DNA of 64,000 nucleotides from a candidate division Kazan bacterium (GTDB lineage: Bacteria > Patescibacteriota > Kazan-3B-28): assembly GCA_003647645.1 (NCBI GenBank), contig QMNG01000002.1, positions 1,151-65,150 of the forward strand. Direction: 5' to 3'. Position numbers and translations under genes: made by a program. Positions 9,102 through 18,882 of the stretch are shown here, in pieces. Each line of letters starts with the position of its first letter. Position 1 is the stretch's first letter. The notes under the pieces are model-generated. The model ran no database searches and had not been told where the DNA came from. It worked only from the letters and a program-made list of their open reading frames with translations.

Positions 9102-11309
9102 ATGGCAAATAAGAAAAAATTAGTTTTAATTGATGGAAATGCTTTAATTCACAGGGCTTTCCATGCTTTTTCAAGAGCCAATCTCGTTTCCCCTACTGGT
9201 GAGCCCACAGGGGGAACTTTCGGTTTTGCCATGATGCTTCTGGATATATTTACCAAACTTCGTCCTGACTACATAGCTGTAGCTTTTGACACCGGCAAAC
9301 CCACCTTCCGCCATGAGGAATACAAAGAATATAAGGCCCAGCGCGTTAAGGCACCTCAGGAGCTATATGATCAAATCCCCCGGATTCAAGAATTAGTTGA
9401 AACTTTTAATATCCCGGTTTTCTTAAAAGAGGGATTCGAGGCTGATGATGTTATCGGCACCCTAGCCCGCCAGGCTCCTCAGGACATTGATGTCTACATC
9501 GCTACGGGAGATATGGATGCCCTACAATTGGTGAACAACCACACTTTCGTTTATGCCCCTCGCAAAGGCTTCGCAGATATTGTTACTTACAATACGGAAA
9601 AGGTTTTAGAAACTAAGGGATTGCTGCCGGAGCAGATGATAGACTTCAAAGGTTTACGGGGTGATCCGTCTGACAACATCCCCGGCGTCCCGGGCATCGG
9701 CGAGGTAACCGCCAAAAAACTTCTATTTGAATTTAAAACAATGGAGAATATCTACCAAAATTTAGACAAGATTAAAGAAAAAACCAGGATCTTACTCCGA
9801 GATAATGAAAAAATTGCCCTGCAAAGCAAAAAACTGGCCACAATTTTAACGGATATTCCAATTGAACTCAATTTAAAAAAAGCTGAAGCAATTGAGTTTA
9901 ACCCAGAAGAAGTAAGGCAACTCTTTGATAAACTTGGTTTCCGAAGCTTAATCAATAAAATCCCCAATGGAACACTGAAAGTTTCTACTAATCAGCGAAG
10001 TTTTTTTGAGAAAGCCCCGAAAGGGGCCAGCAAATTTAAAGACAGAAACATCGCGAAAATTTCTAAAGGAATGGGTTATATACAAAAGCTTGATAAAGAT
10101 CTGGAGCCGGTTCTCCGCAAAATGGAGAAGAACGGAATTTTGTTAGATGTAAGTTTTTTGGAAAAAATGAAGCGAGACGTTTCGGCTCGGCTTCAAAAAC
10201 TTACCCAAAAAATCTATAGGGAGGCGGGTGAGGAATTTAATATTGCCTCCCCTCTCCAGTTAGCCAACATTCTTTTTAACAAACTAAAGCTCCCCACTAC
10301 CAATCCAGAATTTCCTATGCTAAATATCCGCAAAACAAAAACTGGTTATTCCACTAGTGTTTCGGAGTTGGAAAAATTAATTGGCCAACACAATATCATC
10401 GGACTAATTTTGGAGTATCGCCAGCTCGCCAAGCTTAAAAATACATACTTAGAAACCCTGCCCCAACAAGTTGACAAGAACAATCGCATTCATACCACTT
10501 ACGCACAAGACACCTCCACGGGGAGGCTAAGTTCATCTGATCCTAATTTACAAAATATTCCTATCCGTACTGAATTAGGAGCCGAGGTCCGCAAAGCATT
10601 TGTTGCTCCTCCCGGCAAAAAAATCCTCAAGGCTGACTATTCGCAGATTGAATTACGCATCGTTGCCCATTTGGCAAAAGACGAAACCATGATAGAAGCA
10701 TTTAAAAGGGGGGAAGATATCCACGCCCGCACCGCCGCAGAAATTACTGGCAAAAAGATGAATGAAATAACCAAAGCAGAGCGGCGCATTGCTAAAACTG
10801 TTAACTTTTCCATTCTCTACGGTGTCAGCCCTTGGGGATTGGCTGCCCGTTCTAATATGAGTGTCGCTCAAGCTCGTAAATATATAGAAAAATATTTTAA
10901 AATTTATAGCAACGTTAAAAAATATATGAAAAATACCATTGCTTTTGCTCAAAAGCACGGCTATGTCAAAACCCTATTGGGCAGAAAACGATACATCCCG
11001 GAAATCGATTCGAAGATTCCTCCGATGCGGGCTGCCGCTGAGCGGGCTGCTGCCAATATGCCGATCCAGGGCACCGCCGCGGATATGATTAAGGCCGCAA
11101 TGATTGAAATCGACAAAAAACTGTCAAAAGTTAGCCCAGATGCCAAGATGTTACTTCAGGTCCACGATGAATTGGTTTTTGAAGTACCGACCAAAGATGT
11201 TCCTAAAGTTTCTAAATTAGTTAAGACCGTGATGGAGAATGTATATAAACTAGATGTCCCTATTCTAGCTGACACCAAATCCGGCAAAAGTTGGGGTGAG
11301 ACAAAATAA
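9102..11309 (+). CDS. polA: DNA polymerase I (5'-3' exonuclease + polymerase; 3'-5' exonuclease domain apparently absent)
   Basis: LIDGNALIHRAFHA, EADDVIG, GDPSDNIPGV, TGRLSSSDPNLQNIP, ADYSQIELR, LLQVHDELVFE. Confidence 0.97.
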   Translation: MANKKKLVLIDGNALIHRAFHAFSRANLVSPTGEPTGGTFGFAMMLLDIFTKLRPDYIAVAFDTGKPTFRHEEYKEYKAQRVKAPQELYDQIPRIQELVETFNIPVFLKEGFEADDVIGTLARQAPQDIDVYIATGDMDALQLVNNHTFVYAPRKGFADIVTYNTEKVLETKGLLPEQMIDFKGLRGDPSDNIPGVPGIGEVTAKKLLFEFKTMENIYQNLDKIKEKTRILLRDNEKIALQSKKLATILTDIPIELNLKKAEAIEFNPEEVRQLFDKLGFRSLINKIPNGTLKVSTNQRSFFEKAPKGASKFKDRNIAKISKGMGYIQKLDKDLEPVLRKMEKNGILLDVSFLEKMKRDVSARLQKLTQKIYREAGEEFNIASPLQLANILFNKLKLPTTNPEFPMLNIRKTKTGYSTSVSELEKLIGQHNIIGLILEYRQLAKLKNTYLETLPQQVDKNNRIHTTYAQDTSTGRLSSSDPNLQNIPIRTELGAEVRKAFVAPPGKKILKADYSQIELRIVAHLAKDETMIEAFKRGEDIHARTAAEITGKKMNEITKAERRIAKTVNFSILYGVSPWGLAARSNMSVAQARKYIEKYFKIYSNVKKYMKNTIAFAQKHGYVKTLLGRKRYIPEIDSKIPPMRAAAERAAANMPIQGTAADMIKAAMIEIDKKLSKVSPDAKMLLQVHDELVFEVPTKDVPKVSKLVKTVMENVYKLDVPILADTKSGKSWGETK

Positions 11310-12199
11310 TGCCCGAACTGCCCGAAGTAGAGACAGTTGTACGGGGGCTTGCCAAACACATCCTTGGTCAAACAATAAAAGATGTGGAGGTTTTAAATAA
11401 GAAGAGCTTCCAAGGTGGCCCTTCGACAAGCTCAGGGAATAAAAAATTACGAGGGTTGAAAATTAAATCTGTTTCGCGTCGAGGCAAAGGCATCATTATT
11501 AATCTCAGCAGGAATACTTCTTTGCTTGTTCACTTGAAGATGACGGGGCAGTTGATTTATATACCGACCCCCCTTCGCCACAAGGGCTACGGGGGGCTTC
11601 GACGACTTAACTTGGGTCATCCGACCCAAGATTTCGTAAACAAAATGCCCTCTCGACACAGTCGAGTAGTGCTTAAGTTGTCTCGAGGCACTTTATACTT
11701 CAACGACCAAAGGTTGTTTGGGTGGATTAGGGTTTTGCCGACCAAAGAGCTAAAAAACGACCCTTTTCTTAGTAAATTAGGACCTGATGCCCTTAAAATT
11801 TCAACGGCTCATTTATGGGCCGTTACAAAAAGACGCCCCCAAAACCCCATCAAGGCTATTTTATTAGATCAATCTGTTATTACCGGCCTTGGCAACATCT
11901 ATACTGACGAAGTTCTATTCGAAGCCGGCATCCGCCCCACCCGCAAGGGTAAAACCATCACTAAAAAGGATGTAGAGAAGTTGATTAAGGCCATTAAGAA
12001 GATTTTAACCAAAGGCATTAAATACTCTGGCACCAGCATTGTAAATTACAAAACCCCAGAAGGTTCACCGGGCCAGATGCAAAACTACCTAAAAGTCTAT
12101 TCCCGCGCCGGCCTCCCCTGCCGCAAGTGTAAAACCTCAATTACTAAAACAAGAGTAGCAAACAGGGGTACGCACCATTGTCCTAAATGCCAACAATAA
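11309..12199 (+). CDS. mutM: Formamidopyrimidine-DNA glycosylase
   Basis: MPELPEVET, HLKMTG, DQRLFG, GLGNIYTDE, C-terminal zinc finger CRKC…CPKCQ. Confidence 0.97.
   Translation: MPELPEVETVVRGLAKHILGQTIKDVEVLNKKSFQGGPSTSSGNKKLRGLKIKSVSRRGKGIIINLSRNTSLLVHLKMTGQLIYIPTPLRHKGYGGLRRLNLGHPTQDFVNKMPSRHSRVVLKLSRGTLYFNDQRLFGWIRVLPTKELKNDPFLSKLGPDALKISTAHLWAVTKRRPQNPIKAILLDQSVITGLGNIYTDEVLFEAGIRPTRKGKTITKKDVEKLIKAIKKILTKGIKYSGTSIVNYKTPEGSPGQMQNYLKVYSRAGLPCRKCKTSITKTRVANRGTHHCPKCQQ
11419..11437 (+). repeat. REP-like palindrome CCCTTCGACAAGCTCAGGG inside mutM
   Basis: CCCT…AGGG stem; encodes PSTSSG; related to intergenic copies at ~30154 and ~35756 in the opposite orientation. Confidence 0.65.
11568..11596 (+). 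repeat. REP-like palindrome CCCCCCTTCGCCACAAGGGCTACGGGGGG inside mutM
   Basis: C6/G6 stem around a TTCGCC…GGCTAC core; encodes PLRHKGYGG in a loop insertion. Confidence 0.6.
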
Positions 12200-12284
12200 A
12201 ATATGTACTCACTCATTATGCTGGTGCCTCGATACTAGAAACGCCAGACAAGGCGCTTGTTACTACAACGGGCATCAAAAAAGA

Positions 12285-12312
12285 AAAGGCGTCCGCTTGA
12301 GGGGACGCCTTT
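12285..12312. terminator. Intrinsic terminator between convergent mutM and orphan ORF
   Basis: AAAGGCGTCC-N8-GGACGCCTTT with flanking A tract. Confidence 0.75.
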
Positions 12313-12327
12313 GTAGTTGGGGAAAAG

Positions 12328-12621
12328 TTACAGGCGCATGCGGGTAATCCGGAGGATGTACCCAAACTGGGTAAGCAATCTCTGCTCTTCCTGGCTGAGC
12401 TCTTTCTTCAAATCCTCCTTGTCGGCCGCCCTCTGGACTTTTTCTAGATAACAGTCTACCTCCATACCCTTTAGTTGAGCTTCATTCTCCAGCATGACTA
12501 TCAGCTCATGTGCTATTGGTCCGTGGCTGGCAAGCTTCCGGCGGATCTGGTCAATTACTGGCTGGGGGGTCGAAGCACGAGCCTCACGTATTTTAAGAAC
12601 AAGAGTCCCCAGAGATATCAT
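12328..12621 (-). CDS. Hypothetical protein (97 aa)
   Basis: Strong RBS (AAGGAGGTGAGGAG), own promoter and downstream terminator. Confidence 0.65.
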   Translation of the reverse strand: MISLGTLVLKIREARASTPQPVIDQIRRKLASHGPIAHELIVMLENEAQLKGMEVDCYLEKVQRAADKEDLKKELSQEEQRLLTQFGYILRITRMRL

Positions 12622-12661
12622 CTCCTCACCTCCTTAAAGAACATTGCAGTAGAGCGTTCCT

Positions 12662-12690
12662 AGTATATCTAAAAACCAGCTCCCAGTCAA
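12662..12690 (-). promoter_or_regulatory. Sigma70-type promoter TTGACT-17-TATACT
   Basis: Consensus spacing; near-identical to the promoter at 46447-46475. Confidence 0.7.
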
Positions 12691-12961
12691 AAAAAACGCC
12701 CAATTTAAAATAACTCTCCGGTCTCGCTCCAGATCTCAATCGCAGCCCATTTCCCCCAAAAATATAAAAACTAAACTTCCTAAATCCAGTTGCAACGCCC
12801 ACTATTGCAGAAAATATTAGAAACAGACAAAAAAGAAACCCCAACATTGGTAGGGGTGCTGTGTTCTTAAAAGCAGTGCCTCAATTAAAAAATCTTTCCT
12901 ACTTTTACAAGAAAAGGCTCACCTGTTTTAAAAACATACCGAAGAATTACTCGCTTCTGGG

Positions 12962-13249
12962 CTACCTATATTTAATTTCTTTAATTTCTTTGTTTTCTTT
13001 CTTTAATTCTTTATTAATCTTTTTAACTATCCTTGGGGTCTTTCTTTTTATTTCATTCAAAAACATACTATTGTTCACAGAGATTACTAAAATTCCTTCT
13101 CTAAAAGAAATGGCTTCCTGGCTGTCTATGATTTTAGACAAAAAAACTTGGTTGGCATATTTGTGCCACAGATCACAGACATTAACTTCCACCCCAAAAG
13201 AATCCTGCCGGGGTTTTTTAGATAAAATCTCCTTAAGTGGCTGGAACAT
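12962..13249 (-). CDS. DUF721/DciA family protein
   Basis: Directly downstream of recF; ISFREGILVISVNNSMFLNEI pattern. Confidence 0.75.
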   Translation of the reverse strand: MFQPLKEILSKKPRQDSFGVEVNVCDLWHKYANQVFLSKIIDSQEAISFREGILVISVNNSMFLNEIKRKTPRIVKKINKELKKENKEIKEIKYR

Positions 13250-14327
13250 GGTTTTTAATTTCCCCTTTCTCTATCTCAAAAACTTTTGGTTCTGAAAATA
13301 ATTTAGGTATTGCTTGGTTATTGGCGGTAATAAACGACTGACGCTTTTTTATTTCTTCTACCATCGCCTGCCGCCGACTCTCGTCCAGCTCTGAGAAAAC
13401 ATCATCCAAAAGATATATGGGTGTTTCTTCTAATTTCTCTTTTAAATATTCCCCTTCTGCGAATTTCAAAGCCAAAACCATGCTTCGAAATTCTCCCCGG
13501 GATGCAGTGTGTCTAATATCTTGATTGTTGATCGTAAAAATTAAATCATCCCGATGGATTCCCTTGTTGGTAGTAGCCCGAGCAATATCCAGCCCTCGGC
13601 TACCCCTCAATATATTGAGATACTCTGTTTTTCGGGTGCTGTTTATATTGGGAATAAAATCTACGCCCGCATTGCTGCCGTTGGCCGAAAATTTAACATA
13701 ATATTTTTTAACCATACCAGAAAGTTCGGAAACAAATTGCATTCGCCGCTCGACAATTGCCGCACCTACCTGAGCCATCTTCTCATCCCAAACATCCAGT
13801 TCTTCCTCTAACGCTTTTTGTTGTTTTATCATCAACAGTAATTGATTCCGCTGAGAGCGAATCCGTCGAAAATCCGCCAAGTTTTTAGCATATTCCCTAT
13901 CGTGGCGACCAATCGCCAAATCAAGAAACCGGCGTCGATAGGTAGAACTCAAACGCAGAAGATCAATATCCTCTGGGGAAAAAATCACTGCAGGAAAAGC
14001 TTTAATTAAGTCGCCTGAACTAGCCGGCACGCCATTAATTTTTATGACCCGGCCCTCTTCGTTCCAATACAACTGGATGTACTTCTCTCGCCCTCCGTCT
14101 GTTATCCCCTCCACAAATACCATTGCTGCCTTTTCCCCTAATTTGATCAGATAGGCGCTCTGGCTTGTCCGGAAAGAGCTGCCTGATGCCACAGAATAAA
14201 AGGCTTCCAATATATTGGTCTTGCCCTGGGCATTGGCCCCAATCAATATATTAGTTATACCCAGATTCCCCAAATCAAGCTCGGTAATGTTTCTGAAGTT
14301 ATTGAGCCTTAAGCTATTTACTCGCAT
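13233..14327 (-). CDS. recF: DNA replication/repair protein RecF
   Basis: LNNFRN, GANAQGKTNILEA, GIHRDDL, ASRGE, LLDDVFSELD. Confidence 0.96.
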   Translation of the reverse strand: MRVNSLRLNNFRNITELDLGNLGITNILIGANAQGKTNILEAFYSVASGSSFRTSQSAYLIKLGEKAAMVFVEGITDGGREKYIQLYWNEEGRVIKINGVPASSGDLIKAFPAVIFSPEDIDLLRLSSTYRRRFLDLAIGRHDREYAKNLADFRRIRSQRNQLLLMIKQQKALEEELDVWDEKMAQVGAAIVERRMQFVSELSGMVKKYYVKFSANGSNAGVDFIPNINSTRKTEYLNILRGSRGLDIARATTNKGIHRDDLIFTINNQDIRHTASRGEFRSMVLALKFAEGEYLKEKLEETPIYLLDDVFSELDESRRQAMVEEIKKRQSFITANNQAIPKLFSEPKVFEIEKGEIKNHVPAT

Positions 14328-14420
14328 AAATGTAATAAATAATTCTGAATGCCCAACAATAAACTATCGAAGAGTTGGTTTTTCTTCATTCTTCATTATT
14401 AACTCTTCATTCAAAGCAGA

Positions 14421-15554
14421 CTATTGCTTTAATGGCATCACAATATAGATCTGCCCATCGGTGTGAGCCGGCTTAAACACCCCAGGGGCAGTTTTGCCAG
14501 ACATTTCAAAACTACACTTGGGAGTTGTAAAACTATTCAACCCATCCAAGACATATTTGGCGTTAAAACTGATCTCCCCCCCCTCGCCCGTGACCACTCC
14601 GCTTAATTTAGAAGAGAAGCTACCCAGCTGAGAAGAACCAGAGGTCACTTCCACAACTCCTTCGGGTTTAATTTCTAGTTTCACACTATTAGAGCTCTCT
14701 GCAGAAAAGATATTTGCAGTTTTAAGAGTATCTCTTAGCGCCTGAACATCTAACTCTACTTTGGTCGCGCTATGGGATGGAATAATTTGTTTGTAGTTGG
14801 GATATTCTCCTTCTATCACTCTGGAAACCAATGTAGCATTCTCAAATACAAACATAACTTGGTTGTCTCCCACGCGTAGTTCAAATTCTTGCATCCCATC
14901 TAACATTCTCTTTACTTCCTGAAGAGTTCTAACAGGAATCACCACAGCAAAATCCTCTCCTATTTTTTCCTTAACCACCATTTCGGATAGCCGATAACTA
15001 TCAGTCGCCACCATAGAAATAGTTCCTTTACTAGAGACTAGATAGACACCCGTTAGAATGGGGCGTGATTCTTCATGGGATGCAGCAAACTCAACTCCTG
15101 ATAACATATCCCGGAAGAGCTCACTTCTAAACTTTACAATCTTTCCTCCTTCTACTTCGGGAATCACAGGATAGTCGTCGGCTGGAGTACCATTAACACT
15201 GGCTTTGGCATCCCCACATGTGATCTGAAGAATATTGTTTTTACTTTCTAAAACTACCGTGTCCCCACTTAAACTGTTAATCAGGTTTATTAAAGTTCTC
15301 CCCGGCACAGTAATAACACCCTCTTGATCAACTTTTCCTCCCAAAGAAAATTTGACCCCAATTTCCAAGTCTGTTGCTACCAGCTCTACACCCTTTTTTG
15401 ACGCTTTAATCAGCACATTATTTAAAATAGGAAGAGTACTACGGTTGTTAACAATCCTTTCCACTTTTAAAAGGGCAGATTTAAACTTTTCCAAAACCAA
15501 AGCCACATTAATATCCGCGCTTTTCTTTTCCTTCTCTAAAATATCTTTTTCCAT
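14421..15554 (-). CDS. dnaN: DNA polymerase III beta clamp
   Basis: LPILNNVLI, ATDLEI, RPILTGV, VATDSYRL, GEYPNY, FNAKY, IVMPL. Confidence 0.97.
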   Translation of the reverse strand: MEKDILEKEKKSADINVALVLEKFKSALLKVERIVNNRSTLPILNNVLIKASKKGVELVATDLEIGVKFSLGGKVDQEGVITVPGRTLINLINSLSGDTVVLESKNNILQITCGDAKASVNGTPADDYPVIPEVEGGKIVKFRSELFRDMLSGVEFAASHEESRPILTGVYLVSSKGTISMVATDSYRLSEMVVKEKIGEDFAVVIPVRTLQEVKRMLDGMQEFELRVGDNQVMFVFENATLVSRVIEGEYPNYKQIIPSHSATKVELDVQALRDTLKTANIFSAESSNSVKLEIKPEGVVEVTSGSSQLGSFSSKLSGVVTGEGGEISFNAKYVLDGLNSFTTPKCSFEMSGKTAPGVFKPAHTDGQIYIVMPLKQ

Positions 15555-15724
15555 AATTGTTTTATTTAGAAGTAGTTATAGAAGTGTGATTATTGTGTAC
15601 TAATTAAATTATAAGCGGTGGCGGTATATTTAGGGAAATGTGGAACTGGGATAAAAAGTGGATTGTGTGTGGATAATATGTGGATAAAAGGCTTAACTTC
15701 AGATTATCCCCCTATTTGTCCACA
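15555..15724. other. Replication origin oriC (dnaA-dnaN intergenic)
   Basis: Perfect DnaA boxes TGTGGATAA at 15668-15676 and 15679-15687; near-boxes at 15639, 15646, 15657, 15704, 15716; AT-rich segment toward dnaN; skew switch nearby. Confidence 0.88.
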
Positions 15725-17082
15725 GCGTAAAGCTTGTTTTTTATTTGGGTGACTTGATCAACTAAATACTCATTTTCCAAAAGAAGCTTCTTAATCTTTT
15801 TATAATCGTGAATAATAGTGGTGTGATCTCTGCCGCCCAGCTCATCTCCTATTTGCTTATAGGGTAGATCCAGCTCTTCCCGCAAAAGATAGATTAAAAC
15901 TTGGCGGGGAATAACTATTTCTCTAGTTCTCTTCCGACCGTAGAGTTCCTCCTTTTTTAGGTCAAAAAAACTGGCTACAGCACGAATTATTTCTGATGGC
16001 TTGACTATCCGACGCCCCGGTCCCGTGATAATGCCAGCCAGCAGATCTTTGGCATCCTCCGTGGTTAAGAGAGACTTGTTGAGTTCTGCAAAGGCCAGCA
16101 CCCGAGTCAGCGCACCTTCTAGCTCCCGAACATTATCTTTTACCACTCTTGCTATATAAACCAGTATGTCTTCGGGAATCTTCTTTTGGGATGCCTCTAA
16201 TTTAGAATGTAGTATAGCCAGACGAGTTTCATAGGAGGGAATAGAAATATCGGCGGTCATACCACAAATAAATCTCGAAATAAGTCTTTTTTCTAGGGCA
16301 GGAATAGCTTTTGGGGGACGATCTGAGGTCAGGACTATTTGTTTCCCTGCTCCATACAGAGCGTTAAAAGTATGGAAAAATTCCTCCTGAGTTTGCTCCT
16401 TACCCGATAAAAACTGGACATCATCTATCAATAAGCAATCCACATTCCGATATTTTTCCTTGAATTCTCTCATTGTTTTGTTGCGAATAGCATCTACCAT
16501 TTCGTTGGTGAATCGTTCAGAAGTAACATAGAGGACCTTAGAGTTGGGATTATTTTTTAGAATTTGGTTGCCGATGGCTTGCATCAAATGTGTTTTTCCC
16601 AATCCCACGCCCCCATAGATAAAGAGAGGATTATTGTTTACTCCTGGTTTTTCTGCCACAGCCTCAGCGGCGGCGTAGCATAATTTACTATTCTCCCCCA
16701 CTATAAACTGTTCGAAAGTAAATTTGGGGTTTAATCCTTCCCGAGGAGCTGTTTGGGAGAAGGCAGGGGCAACTTCCGATTTTAAGATGCTCCTTTCTAA
16801 GTTTGGCAAAGGCCTGGAGGAAGGTTTCTCTCCCGCTCCCACCACATACTGAACCATAACCACTTTACCTAGTTGTTTGTTGAGGCGGTTATGAATTTCT
16901 TTTTGGTATTTCTTCTGCAACCAGCTCTTGGTGAAATCATTAGGCACCCGAATGGTGACCACTCCTTTTTCAATGTCGATGCTATCTATTGCGGTATTTT
17001 TAAACCAAGTTTGAAAATTGGCGGGGCTCATACCCACTTCTATTTCTCCCAGCACTACTTGCCATAAATTATTTTTATCCAT
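15712..17082 (-). CDS. dnaA: Chromosomal replication initiator DnaA
   Basis: LNPKFTFEQF, NPLFIYGGVGLGKTHL, LLIDDVQF, QEEFFHTFN, NVRELEGAL, GGRDHTT. Confidence 0.98.
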   Translation of the reverse strand: MDKNNLWQVVLGEIEVGMSPANFQTWFKNTAIDSIDIEKGVVTIRVPNDFTKSWLQKKYQKEIHNRLNKQLGKVVMVQYVVGAGEKPSSRPLPNLERSILKSEVAPAFSQTAPREGLNPKFTFEQFIVGENSKLCYAAAEAVAEKPGVNNNPLFIYGGVGLGKTHLMQAIGNQILKNNPNSKVLYVTSERFTNEMVDAIRNKTMREFKEKYRNVDCLLIDDVQFLSGKEQTQEEFFHTFNALYGAGKQIVLTSDRPPKAIPALEKRLISRFICGMTADISIPSYETRLAILHSKLEASQKKIPEDILVYIARVVKDNVRELEGALTRVLAFAELNKSLLTTEDAKDLLAGIITGPGRRIVKPSEIIRAVASFFDLKKEELYGRKRTREIVIPRQVLIYLLREELDLPYKQIGDELGGRDHTTIIHDYKKIKKLLLENEYLVDQVTQIKNKLYAVDK

Positions 17083-17289
17083 CCTATCAGAAGTCCTTAT
17101 CGAAAAATTTTTATTACTGATGTATTGACACTATTTAGCCCGACATCGATTAAACCTTTCCAAGTTCACTAGTTGACCAAATTTACAGCAGAACTTATTC
17201 CCCTAGGTTTTCCTTGTACACTTTAATCTAACAAAGTTATCCCCATTTGTATAATGACCTTAGTTAGCCGATTTGGGGAGCTTTTTTAA

Positions 17290-17319
17290 TTGACCACTAA
17301 CCAGCTATATGCCTATACT
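17290..17319 (+). promoter_or_regulatory. Probable rpmH operon promoter
   Basis: TTGACC-18-TATACT with extended -10-like TG. Confidence 0.5.
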
Positions 17320-17360
17320 TGGTTGGGAGTTGAGGAATTTTGGTTTTCTAATTTTTGAAT

Positions 17361-17495
17361 ATGAAGAGGACATACCAGCCCAATAAGAGAAAAAAACAAA
17401 AAACCCATGGTTTTCGAGCTAGAATGGCGGCGAGCTCCGGGCGAAATGTTTTGAAAAGACGGCGCGCAAAGGGCAGGGGGAGGTTGAGTCACTAG
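17361..17495 (+). CDS. rpmH: 50S ribosomal protein L34 (not in the ORF track)
   Basis: Manual translation [44 protein letters not shown]. Confidence 0.97.
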   Translation: MKRTYQPNKRKKQKTHGFRARMAASSGRNVLKRRRAKGRGRLSH

Positions 17496-17507
17496 GATTT
17501 TAAGACG

Positions 17508-17810
17508 ATGAGCAAATTAACAAAGGGCGCCCCAGAAAGGATAATACGCCAGGGCCGATCTATTCATGGGCGCGGTTTTGTGATCTATTTTTTGGAGGCT
17601 CCTTACAAGGTAGAACCCCGCATCGTGATCAGCAATAAAGTGGACAAGCGGGCGGTTGTACGGAATAAGCTGCGTCGGCAGATTAAAAATATTTTAAGGG
17701 ATATCAATTTCTCTAATCTCGGGCTGGTTGTTATTGTGAAGAAGGAGATATTAAAGCTTAATTTTCAGCGTCTTAGGCAAAATTTTTTGAAGGCTTTTAA
17801 AAAAATATGA
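17508..17810 (+). CDS. rnpA: Ribonuclease P protein component
   Basis: ISNKVDKRAVVRNKLRR motif; rpmH-rnpA-yidD synteny. Confidence 0.92.
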   Translation: MSKLTKGAPERIIRQGRSIHGRGFVIYFLEAPYKVEPRIVISNKVDKRAVVRNKLRRQIKNILRDINFSNLGLVVIVKKEILKLNFQRLRQNFLKAFKKI

Positions 17811-18052
17811 AAACACTTTTTATCTGGCTTATAGAGCTGTACCAAAAAACTTTGTCCCCTGACCACGGGTGGCTTAGTCGATTTTATCCTCATGGAGTGT
17901 GTCGTTACTATCCCAGCTGTAGTGAATATACCAAAGAGTCAATTAAAGAATGGGGAGTAGCTAAAGGTATTTTTGTGGGTGTTGCCCGAATATGCCGATG
18001 CCATCCTTGGGCAGCTAGCGGCTTAGATCCAGTAATAAGAAAGGATAAATAA
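17807..18052 (+). CDS. yidD: Membrane protein insertion efficiency factor
   Basis: YQKTLSPDHG, CRYYPSCSEY, RICRCHPW. Confidence 0.95.
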   Translation: MKTLFIWLIELYQKTLSPDHGWLSRFYPHGVCRYYPSCSEYTKESIKEWGVAKGIFVGVARICRCHPWAASGLDPVIRKDK

Positions 18053-18882
18053 TGGACAGATTGGTGATTACTGATGCAATGTGGACGGGATGGATGGGCA
18101 AACTTTTGTATGTTCCATTATTAAATGTGTTGGTTTTGTTGTATGTCTATATTCCCGGTAGCGATCTGGGTATAGCGATTGTTGTATTGACCATTTTAAT
18201 CCGCCTTGTGCTTTATCCCTCTTACAAGACCAGTATTAAATCCCAGCGGGATATTCAAAAGATTCAACCTTACATTGAAAAGATTAAAGAACAATACAAG
18301 GACGACAAAAAAAAGCAGTCCGAGGAGGTGATGAGGGTTTATAAAGAACACAATGTAAATCTATTTGCAAGTTGCCTGCCTCTCATTATTCAGTTGCCTA
18401 TTATTTTTGCCCTCTATCGCGTATTCTTTGCGGGTCTTACCACAGAAAGCCTGGCGCATTTGTATAGCTGGTTTCCCAACGCCCCCATTGAATTACACAC
18501 CACCTTCTTAGCGTTTACCAATTGGCAGCCAGCGATGATTGATTTAACAGAGCGAAGTATCTTTTTGGCTATTTTTGCCGGTTTGTCTCAATTTTTTCAA
18601 AGCTGGATAACCAACCGTTATCAAAAAAAGGCCAGGGCGGCAAACTCTGATAATTCAGTTTTTTCCAAAATGATGGGAGGCCCTATGATGCTATACATAT
18701 TTCCAGTTATCACACTAGTGATTGCTTGGACATTACCTGCAGCTTTAGGGCTTTATTGGGCGACCACTACCCTGACCATGGCTGTTCAACAGATAATTAT
18801 TTATCATAGTCTTGCCAAACAAGAGCAAAAAGTTATAGAGGCAACACAAAGAGCTGAAGATGAACCAGAAAATCAAAACTAG
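18052..18882 (+). CDS. yidC: YidC/Oxa1 membrane protein insertase (short type)
   Basis: GIAIVVLTILIRL, SCLPLIIQLPI, ALGLYW; synteny. Confidence 0.94.
   Translation: MDRLVITDAMWTGWMGKLLYVPLLNVLVLLYVYIPGSDLGIAIVVLTILIRLVLYPSYKTSIKSQRDIQKIQPYIEKIKEQYKDDKKKQSEEVMRVYKEHNVNLFASCLPLIIQLPIIFALYRVFFAGLTTESLAHLYSWFPNAPIELHTTFLAFTNWQPAMIDLTERSIFLAIFAGLSQFFQSWITNRYQKKARAANSDNSVFSKMMGGPMMLYIFPVITLVIAWTLPAALGLYWATTTLTMAVQQIIIYHSLAKQEQKVIEATQRAEDEPENQN

Noticed and set aside
12222..12276. Possible small multi-stem RNA after mutM
   Set aside because: Stems are only 4-6 bp and could be chance; no recognisable family.
12861..13295. 144-aa hydrophobic + strand ORF
   Set aside because: Antisense shadow of the Lys-rich DUF721 gene and the recF 3' end.
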